From positions 1,530,001 to 1,562,000 of the forward strand of contig JAIZWK010000001.1 of NCBI GenBank assembly GCA_021498095.1: a stretch of 32,000 nt of DNA, given 5' to 3'. The notes under the pieces were generated by a model. That model did not search any database. It saw only the letters and a program-made list of their open reading frames with translations, and was not told the DNA's origin. The stretch is from Candidatus Harpocratesius repetitus. Lineage in GTDB: Archaea; Asgardarchaeota; Lokiarchaeia; Sigyniarchaeales; Promethearchaeaceae. Of this stretch, positions 25,201-32,000 are shown in pieces (within the stretch, counting starts at the first letter, position 1; each line of letters starts with the position of its first letter). Made by a program: the position numbers and the translations under genes.

Positions 25201-28200
25201 TTAAAAAACTATGAGAATGCATCATATACATTTTATTTAATTATCGAACCTATTTCAACTAAGGCTGTTTTAGACAGTATCATTCAAATAGGGAATGATA
25301 ATCATACTAATCCTGAATATAATGCAGGAAATAATACTTATTTTGTTTATGCACAATATGATTTACAGTTGGATTTCTTATTTCAAGATTTAAATAATTC
25401 TGTGAATATTCAAAGTGCTTCTTATGCAAAACTCAATTACAACGGAAATAATCTTACTATAACAGAAACGGATGGGGATGTATATCGCTGGAATATTCAA
25501 TCTTCTTCGCTAATTGTTGGTTCGCATATAATAACTGTCTATTTTGGAAAAACAGATTATGAAAATGCATCCTATTCATTCAATTTAACAATTCTTCTAC
25601 TCCCGACTGATGCTGGAAGAAATCTCGCATTATATCAACCAAGTCATAATGATTCGATGCTTTCTGGAAATCCTTTTATTGTATATCGACCATTTAACTT
25701 ATGGGTTAATTCTTCCTATTTTGATACAAATAATTCCGTTTATTTAGCTGCATCCTATAAAATATTAAACTATAACGGTAAAAATTATACATCGAATTAT
25801 TACCGCGGCAATTTGCATGGGTGGGAAGTACCAGTTGAAGATCTTGTTATTGGTGTCCAAACCATAACTATCTATTTTGGATTGGATAACTACAAAAATG
25901 CTTCTTATAGTTTTGATATAGATTGTCGCTTTAATCCCACTAATGTATCATTTATTGAAATAACTCAACCCGATCATCAACCTGGGATTATGCTTCCATA
26001 TAATTCAACATATCAAAACTACACAGCCTATTCTGCCTATAGTATTACTTTGAATATGTCAACTTATGATACAATTAACAATACATTCCTATCGAGCGCT
26101 ATTGTTCAGCTTTCATTCAATTCACAAATTTATAATCCGAATTTCACTTCAAATGATATGTTTATCTGGGTTTTGCCTGTAATTGATTTAGATTTGGGAA
26201 CATTTAACGTAACTATTACTTTTTCGAAAACTTACTATTTCAATAATACGTATTCGTTCAATATTAGTATATATGATTTACCTACAGATGTGGCGGTTAA
26301 TAGTCAATTTTCTATATCACAACCGGATCACAATTCAACAGTGTTATCCAATGAACCGTTTTTGGTTTATACTGCATATTCACTTGTGATAAACTGTTCT
26401 TATTGGGATACATACAATTCAGAACCTATTTCATTAGCAAATGCTTGGTTATATCTTGATGGTACATTCATATCTACTTCTAACTCATATAATACAACTG
26501 CATATGGATGGATCTTGGATATTTCAGGATTATCACTCGGAGATCATGAAATTTGGTTAAATTTCAGCAAAGATCATTATAGAAATAGTTCAAAAAGTTT
26601 CATAATTTCAGTGGATCATCAAGTAACTACAGCAGAATTGGTTGATATCACTCAAGAAGAGCATAGCAGCGCTACTTTGATAAAGGGTGCAGAACCATTG
26701 AATAATTATACTGTTTATATGAAATATGGTTTAAACCTTTCCCTTTCATTCACAGATCCTACAAATGGTAGCACACCAATTGAAACTGCAACCGTCACAT
26801 TTTGGTTAGATGGTGTGAGTTTTCCTGTTGTATATTCTGGATCTCATTTTCTTGTGAATATTAATGCAAATGATCTTCAAGCGCATCCAGGAGATTTCAT
26901 TCCTGTTTTGATTCACTTTAATGAAACTTTCCACTATAACCAAACTATTGCCTTTAATTTGACAATAGTTGTTCTTCCAACTACTTCGGGTAGCACGTTT
27001 GAAATAACACAGCCACAACATAACAATTCGCAGTTATCTGGAACTCCTTTTGTTGTTTATATCCCTTTTAATCTATATCTTAATTGTTCATATTGGGATA
27101 CTTTTAATAACGAGTCTGTAAACGGAGCATGGGCAATAATTGAATATAATGGAATCAATTATTCCTATTCTGACTATAGTTCTTCTCTATATCGATTTAA
27201 TATAGATTCTTCTTTATTGATTGAAGGAGAAAACCAAATTATTACATTCTATTTTGGTTTAGATAATTATGCGAATTCTTCCTATACAATAACAATATCT
27301 GTGAAAATACTTCCTACTTCTCAAAGTTTAGTTAGTCTAAGGCAACCAAATCATGTGGGATATGAAGATGATGAATTAATTGCAGATCCAACCTTTGGAA
27401 GTTATAGTTTATATCGCGCTTATGATTTCCGATTGGAATTTAGTCTTGTAGATCCAACAAATAGTAACAGTCCAATTTCAACAGCATCTGTTTCTTTCCT
27501 TTACAACGGTGTACCATATAATCTGAGTTATTCATCTGGATCAGGAACATATTTTTATGTTATTCCTGCAGAAAACTTAACTGTTGGGAATGAAATTATT
27601 TCAGTTCACTTCACAGGTGTTGGATTACAAGCACAGACTATTTTATTAAATATATCTGTGTTTAATCTTCCTACAGAATTTCGCAATTTTGAAATTTCTC
27701 AACCAAGTAGTGGAAGACCTGTTGAACTTTCTTCAAATTCAAGTATTGGTTTTGTAATTTATGATTCTTTTGATTTAACACTTAATGGAAGTTTTTATGA
27801 CACAAATAATTCAAAATATCTTGCAAATGCATGGAATCAAGTAATATTTAATAATTCAATATATACAAAAAACTATTTTGCATCAGATAAATATGGTTGG
27901 CTTATTCCAGCAGTTGATTTGATTCCAGGGGTTTATGTGATTGAAATTAAATTTGGGCTTGATACTTATGAAAACGTATCTAAAACATTCAACATTACAA
28001 TAGAAATCCTTGCTACTAGCATTCATTTTAATGAAAATACAAATGATAATGATTTACGACAAGAAGATCGACCGAATTACCTTCTTCATCCTGTAGAATT
28101 TATTGGAGGTGTTTATCATGTTTTTGTGAAATATGATGTAATCATTGATGTAGTTTATTATAATGAAATTGATAATTCTTCTTTGATTTCTGCAGATTAT

Positions 28201-31200
28201 GCATTTTTATCTTATAGAAATTTCAATACTACAGGAGTAGAATTTGAACCCGGCAGTTATCGTTTCACAATTCCAGCATCTGTATTATCTTTAGGATTAT
28301 ATAATGCTACGTTGAATTTCGGGAAATTAACATATGAAAATGCCACCCGTGTGATATATATTCAAGGTCATCTCTTAAGTACGCAATTGCTTGTCAATTC
28401 TCTTGAACAATCTGAACATCAAGGTGTAATTTCACAGAACTTAATAAATTCTTCATCTCATGTCATTTATCTTCCATTTGATACTAGTTTAACAGTAGAG
28501 TTTATAGATTTAAATAATACACTTCCAATAAGTTCAGCAACCGTAGCAGAATTGACATTTAATGGTTCACTTGTAGTATTAGATTCTCAAGCAAATGGAG
28601 TTTATTCATGGTTTATACCAAAATCATTACTTTCAATTGGCTCTATTACAGTTCAAATATCTTTACAATTAGAAGATTATCAATCTCAAGTTTTTATTTG
28701 CTTTTTGAATGTTTCTATCGTAAACATTCAAGGTGAGTTAATTAACTTGCAGCAAGATGATGAAGAACTTACCTTTAATGAAACATCTCAACAATATTCT
28801 GCATTTGCACCTTTTGATATTTTATTGTCATATCGATTTATTGACTCTGTGATTAATTCAACCTTTAATAATGTATCTATGGTAGATCTAACACTTAACG
28901 GGGATCATCACTATAATGCTTTGATAATTTCGGGTAATTTTGTTTTCACGATATCGTCAAGCGATCTTTTACTTGGAACAAATGAAATAATAATTCATTT
29001 TTTTAAATATGGATATGAAAATATCACTGTCTCAATAAATATTAATGTAATTTCAGAATACTCTGTATCTATAACATTATTGAGTAAGCCAACAAGTGTA
29101 ACTCAAGGAGATAAGCTTTCATTGGTTTTCCAAGTTTCTTATTCAATTGGAGATGAAATTTTTCCATTAGAAGGAGAATCGGTAACTCTTCGCGTAGATC
29201 ACCCTGATATTAGCCCAATTACTAATATAACTGATGAAAATGGTAAAGTTTATTTTGAATTCGTTCTTCCAATAGGCGATTATTCTGATTTGAATATATC
29301 AGTAGAGTATAATGGCCAACAATATGGCATTGCTGAAAGTAAAAACTCTATTGAAATTACAGTTGAAGCTCCTCCAGGCATTCCAATTTGGGTTGTCTAT
29401 ATTATCTTAGGATTTGTTGGTTTTATTGCGATTGCTGTTACTGTTCAAAAGAAGGTTATTCAACCACGACGGATGCATTTTACTGATTTGGTGATGTCTT
29501 CCGCTACTATCTTTGAAGATGCAATTAATATTCAACATATTATGGTTATCTACAAAAGCTGGGGGACATCAATCTTTTTCAAGTCATTTGCTGAAGATAC
29601 ATTTGATCCTGACTTGATTAGTGGATTTTTATCGGCCGTCCAATCATTTGGAAAGGAACTTAAATCTCAAAATACACTTAACGAATTATCGTATGGAGAC
29701 AAAATTCTACTCTTTTCAGATGGAGAATTCATTCGTGTAACTTTGGTTTTAAGTAAGACTGCTTCTCCATTTTTAAAACGGAATTTATCAAAATTTGTTA
29801 ATGTTTTTGAAGTTCAGTTCAAAGATCAGTTAGTAAAATGGCATGGACAGCTTAATGTATTCCAAGGTGCTGAAGATTTGGTTGATGAGGTTCTAAAAAC
29901 ATCTGTGATATTACCTCATAGGTTTAATCCAGAAATCAAAAAGCCTAAAGATTTACAACGAGCTTTAACGAAACAAGTTTTATCAATTGCTCAATCTTTA
30001 ATAGGAGAAAACCGCCCATTCTTATTTTTGGCTCAACTCTTGCAACAAGCACTGGATGAAACAGGAAAAGACGCACCTGAAATTATTCTTTCAATTACAG
30101 AATTACTTGATAATAAAATATTAATACCTATCAAGATTGAGCAAATTGAAAGACCAGAATTGACCGAATCACAAAAACAAGAGCTACATGCACGTGTTTG
30201 GGAAATTCCAAATAAAACTAATTTAGAGAAAGAAGAGATTTTTGAACAATTAATCCAACTATCTGAAGCAGAACGTGAGGTTGCATTAAGTTCGTTGTTA
30301 CAGAAAGTAACAATAACTTCTGAATATACCAAAGAAGAATATGAGATTCCTAAATTTACTGATGAAAAAGCTGCCAGAAAGGAAATTAAATCTTTGATTT
30401 CTCAAGCTAAAAAGGCAGCGAAATCACAATTATTTGATGAAGCGTTAAAATTCTATGAAATAGCTGAAATAATTGCAATTCAATGGAATTTCAAAGAAAC
30501 AGTCAAAGAATTAGAAAGTGTAACTTTATCGACTACAGTACTTAAAGAAAACACAATAATGAAAACATCTAAGAAGCGAGCTAAGAAACATGAGAAATCT
30601 AAAGAATATGAACTTGCTCATTCTGAATATCAAAATGCTTTAGATGCTGCTCATAGATTATTCCAATTAGGTTTTCAAGAATATGAAGAAGAGATTAAAT
30701 CTCTCACCCACAAGGTCGTTGAATTAAAGCATGAATGCAAATCTGAACAAAATAATGAAGAGTGTTTAGACGAAAGTATTATGATTAATTCTCGCAAGAA
30801 GCTAATTAAATTCTATAATAAAAATGAACCTAAGTTGACTTATCGCGAAAAAATAGTAACGCTAACACGAATTGCTGTAATTTCAAACTTACTATTTAAA
30901 TCTGGAAATGCTTCTGAAATAAAGAATATACGAACATATCAAAAGAAAATTGAATCCGTGAAAAAATCACTCGCAAAAGAATCTGAAAGTGTTCAAAAAG
31001 AGATCCAAGAAAATAACACTGTTTTACAAGAAATGGCAGAAAACTTAGAAAAATTGATAAAAGAAGCAGAATTGAATGAAAACTGGTTAGAATCTTTATT
31101 ATTATATCAGAAACGTGTTGATATCTCCTATCAGCTTGGAAACATAGATCGCGGTGTCTATTTTATTGGTCAGATTAAGGCAAAATTAGAAAAAGTTCCT

Positions 31201-31335
31201 TATCTATTTGATTTAATTGATGATTATAGCCAAAAACTTTCTATAGCTGAAGAGCAAAATAATCCTGGTGATAAACAGAAATATCATGATTTACTTAAAC
31301 TTTTACATGAAATTATGTTTGAATTTGATTTATAA
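22240..31335 (+). CDS. 3031-aa single-pass surface protein: signal/TM, about 2350-aa beta-rich ectodomain with tandem Ig-like repeats, TM helix, cytoplasmic longin-like + winged-helix-like + TPR/MIT-like region
   Basis: N-terminal hydrophobic ISILILLAIVTIQINILFV; dozens of N-x-S/T sequons only before the TM; TM IPIWVVYIILGFVGFIAIAVTV (29380-29445) followed by QKK; longin-like IMVIYKSWG...DPDLISGFLSAVQSFGKEL...F..F (about 29530-29900); A--A-K---Y--A---Y helical hairpins at about 30373-30672 and 31036-31168. Confidence 0.85.
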   Translation: MVKKVNMRINLKNVISILILLAIVTIQINILFVPNYLSENQDTGESPLIPFEYENKEIMNPLSSDYNKNLTASTNNVKVTLHQAYNSTAVQSFDEVSNTFNVAAPNATNFNVSSSNIVINNIKLNNYTKIIEDVNVDYKTVGNLAYLTSFSIPISCMISNFSFYIREYAGVTGDVNIVLSPANSTDPTKPKLDYNKLIVLDQLTITASKIGWVVKSNINYFLNNSLTTSNTWFIGVNLTSGSSINLRWYFNPDTSPSEDKTLSYEWAGGKWSLLKDGTYDLDLTSKIGLGFSNPNHTPSQFNLQINNLTVYNNLNHPDSNSGFWNHTGFGSDGSNSISYVFSGDWYDYSLQVNQTEINYTKTFYTNTSYTVESGVNAYWTSQANFTAFDHRLNNNTINFTIPLSWTVTSLKRNTTTISYSTYTNSSNKIITVFGSDAIDGNWTLKSQSSNLISSVKVGRSGKEITLAYSNETITFNATFSKSISGTVNLSVYNPSDLGNELNYTKEVSINDATSVDFGSWIISQNITNYGEFRVQVYWENSTDLGIHDTTIFIAGATEYSLLTTNNTEYLNSGSPFNISLYYTDVMKGINVTGATLEYNLNLGNGWQNDATQSNADKTYNITVDPTQYSVGYHEIPIHLNKSKYMNYSISYGFYVVNNTQLYEYTQANSLTAIRGQNTTYIFNFNQTWQDTPIAGATISVNSLQTGLVWSYSDDGSGNYTIRINSSQVNVDTYTCDFKISKTDYRTQNFQFDITVVQAQTSIEFINQTNNIKRISDLNFTTYVRVKDTDNNWNVGGITPGSLTVLNITGTETIWNTDEASDWRLWEVGDGIYGVNISLGSTGVNRIDFGNYSIRLNISYSPNYNWSTLDLSFHVLGNSTSIILLEVNDGSENYYNGSALAESPVNTYHILQNPTGSVEFALHFDYIDTDNSNSEINFAGVRYWALLNSSTSLETTTFVYLQSQYHHGHLTLPESLAVGTYEIEIITGLKNYENASYTFYLIIEPISTKAVLDSIIQIGNDNHTNPEYNAGNNTYFVYAQYDLQLDFLFQDLNNSVNIQSASYAKLNYNGNNLTITETDGDVYRWNIQSSSLIVGSHIITVYFGKTDYENASYSFNLTILLLPTDAGRNLALYQPSHNDSMLSGNPFIVYRPFNLWVNSSYFDTNNSVYLAASYKILNYNGKNYTSNYYRGNLHGWEVPVEDLVIGVQTITIYFGLDNYKNASYSFDIDCRFNPTNVSFIEITQPDHQPGIMLPYNSTYQNYTAYSAYSITLNMSTYDTINNTFLSSAIVQLSFNSQIYNPNFTSNDMFIWVLPVIDLDLGTFNVTITFSKTYYFNNTYSFNISIYDLPTDVAVNSQFSISQPDHNSTVLSNEPFLVYTAYSLVINCSYWDTYNSEPISLANAWLYLDGTFISTSNSYNTTAYGWILDISGLSLGDHEIWLNFSKDHYRNSSKSFIISVDHQVTTAELVDITQEEHSSATLIKGAEPLNNYTVYMKYGLNLSLSFTDPTNGSTPIETATVTFWLDGVSFPVVYSGSHFLVNINANDLQAHPGDFIPVLIHFNETFHYNQTIAFNLTIVVLPTTSGSTFEITQPQHNNSQLSGTPFVVYIPFNLYLNCSYWDTFNNESVNGAWAIIEYNGINYSYSDYSSSLYRFNIDSSLLIEGENQIITFYFGLDNYANSSYTITISVKILPTSQSLVSLRQPNHVGYEDDELIADPTFGSYSLYRAYDFRLEFSLVDPTNSNSPISTASVSFLYNGVPYNLSYSSGSGTYFYVIPAENLTVGNEIISVHFTGVGLQAQTILLNISVFNLPTEFRNFEISQPSSGRPVELSSNSSIGFVIYDSFDLTLNGSFYDTNNSKYLANAWNQVIFNNSIYTKNYFASDKYGWLIPAVDLIPGVYVIEIKFGLDTYENVSKTFNITIEILATSIHFNENTNDNDLRQEDRPNYLLHPVEFIGGVYHVFVKYDVIIDVVYYNEIDNSSLISADYAFLSYRNFNTTGVEFEPGSYRFTIPASVLSLGLYNATLNFGKLTYENATRVIYIQGHLLSTQLLVNSLEQSEHQGVISQNLINSSSHVIYLPFDTSLTVEFIDLNNTLPISSATVAELTFNGSLVVLDSQANGVYSWFIPKSLLSIGSITVQISLQLEDYQSQVFICFLNVSIVNIQGELINLQQDDEELTFNETSQQYSAFAPFDILLSYRFIDSVINSTFNNVSMVDLTLNGDHHYNALIISGNFVFTISSSDLLLGTNEIIIHFFKYGYENITVSININVISEYSVSITLLSKPTSVTQGDKLSLVFQVSYSIGDEIFPLEGESVTLRVDHPDISPITNITDENGKVYFEFVLPIGDYSDLNISVEYNGQQYGIAESKNSIEITVEAPPGIPIWVVYIILGFVGFIAIAVTVQKKVIQPRRMHFTDLVMSSATIFEDAINIQHIMVIYKSWGTSIFFKSFAEDTFDPDLISGFLSAVQSFGKELKSQNTLNELSYGDKILLFSDGEFIRVTLVLSKTASPFLKRNLSKFVNVFEVQFKDQLVKWHGQLNVFQGAEDLVDEVLKTSVILPHRFNPEIKKPKDLQRALTKQVLSIAQSLIGENRPFLFLAQLLQQALDETGKDAPEIILSITELLDNKILIPIKIEQIERPELTESQKQELHARVWEIPNKTNLEKEEIFEQLIQLSEAEREVALSSLLQKVTITSEYTKEEYEIPKFTDEKAARKEIKSLISQAKKAAKSQLFDEALKFYEIAEIIAIQWNFKETVKELESVTLSTTVLKENTIMKTSKKRAKKHEKSKEYELAHSEYQNALDAAHRLFQLGFQEYEEEIKSLTHKVVELKHECKSEQNNEECLDESIMINSRKKLIKFYNKNEPKLTYREKIVTLTRIAVISNLLFKSGNASEIKNIRTYQKKIESVKKSLAKESESVQKEIQENNTVLQEMAENLEKLIKEAELNENWLESLLLYQKRVDISYQLGNIDRGVYFIGQIKAKLEKVPYLFDLIDDYSQKLSIAEEQNNPGDKQKYHDLLKLLHEIMFEFDL
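25261..29064 (+). repeat. about 11 tandem about 110-120-aa protein repeats (Ig-like) within the giant ORF
   Basis: Recurrent pattern I.QPxH...F.VY..F.L...Y.DT.N...I..A....NG......Y.W.I....L..G...I...F....Y.N.S..F.I.V..LPT. The repeats are diverged at the DNA level. Confidence 0.8.
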
Positions 31336-31454
31336 AATGCATTTTTTTAATACTTTTTGTATTTCTATTTATTGACTTTATCAATGTATTTCGATTTTAT
31401 CGCTAGAATCGTCGAAGTAGTGATAATTAATTGCTAAATTTTATTGTACTCACA

Positions 31455-31481
31455 AATATGATTAATAGAATTAATCATATT
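31455..31481. other. perfect 11-bp inverted repeat AATATGATTAA-TAGAA-TTAATCATATT
   Basis: Read directly in the intergenic region 120 bp after the giant gene. Confidence 0.55.
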
Positions 31482-31609
31482 CCTATATTTGCTTAAAAAT
31501 GGATAAATTGGAATGTTTTATTTTCTTCTCTAAGATTATTTTCATTAAATCTAAAGGAAATTCATAGATTGGTCTCAAAAATAGAATTTTCTGATTTTCA
31601 ACACTCAAG

Positions 31610-31740
31610 AAATGATTTTGAATGATGAAAAGAAGGATAATTGCAAAAAGAAAAAAACAAAAAAGAAAATATTTCAGGATTTCCTGTTGAATTGATAACA
31701 ATTTCTTCTTTAATGGCATTAATTTTAATCTCTTTAAGAG
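31610..31740 (+). pseudogene. possible decayed 3' end of a surface-protein gene (charged linker + ISGFP-led TM, Loki-CTERM/PGF-CTERM-like)
   Basis: NDEKKDN (frame 1), then after a frameshift KEKNKKENISGFPVELITISSLMALILISLR. No intact upstream ORF. Confidence 0.3.
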
Positions 31741-31870
31741 GTTCTAGCAACTTCTTTATTTTTGACAGAATTCCCATTTTAATCTTTCGTTTTCCGACAA
31801 TAATCAAACTTATCCAAGAATTATTTCAGTCGGCAAAAATAAACTTTATAAAATATAATTATGAGTCGAT
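31733..31870 (+). repeat. 138-bp dispersed intergenic repeat, copy B (inverted relative to copy A)
   Basis: 86% identical to the reverse complement of 19150-19287; shared blocks include TTCTTTATTTTTGACAGAATT and AATTATGAGTCGAT. Confidence 0.9.
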
Positions 31871-32000
31871 TTTTGACTATTTTTAATCAAATTATAGTTG
31901 AATTTGATAAAAAAAGATCTAAATTTCTGATTGACAAATTTCAAATTTGGATGGAATATTGGTAAATGCATAAATTATGTAGGATTTTTATTTTTTTATT

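Noticed and set aside
880-30332. Short ORFs overlapping or antisense to confident genes (880-1149, 3278-3478, 7997-8233, 8923-9126, 11341-11742, 15901-16101, 16161-16373, 17338-17616, 19353-19640, 19979-20176, 21229-21423, 26806-27021, 30033-30332)
   Set aside because: Shadow frames of well-supported CDSs; no motifs, and their composition mirrors the real gene.
1-32000. CRISPR array, rRNA, prophage or defence genes
   Set aside because: No regularly spaced direct repeats, rRNA-like sequence or recognisable viral/defence motifs were seen.

Overview
AT-rich (roughly 30% GC by eye) archaeal chromosomal DNA. It is most consistent with an Asgard (Lokiarchaeia-like) genome, inferred from a TACK/Asgard-type PolB1, a roadblock-small GTPase fusion and a cytoplasmic longin-like domain. 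Gene order: 5'-truncated HD protein, hypothetical, tRNA-Thr(UGU) with a D-loop insert, gingipain-like C25 peptidase, membrane protein, glutamine-dependent nadE, polB1 with a long Lys-rich N-terminus, membrane protein, thiolase, sensor-less histidine kinase, hypothetical, RNase HII-like protein, CinA-N/MoCF protein, SERCA-like Ca2+ P-type ATPase, secreted permuted NlpC/P60 enzyme, roadblock-Rab-like GTPase, AcdB, and a 3031-aa single-pass surface protein. The giant protein has tandem Ig-like repeats outside and longin-like, winged-helix-like and TPR/MIT-like modules inside. The best candidate for a new system is this receptor-like protein beside the roadblock-GTPase (a possible outside-in GTPase signalling module). 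A 138-bp non-coding repeat (119/138 identical, counted by hand) occurs at 19150-19287 and inverted at 31733-31870, bracketing that block. No CRISPR array, rRNA, transposase or integrase was seen. All family calls come from motif recognition by eye, not from database searches.
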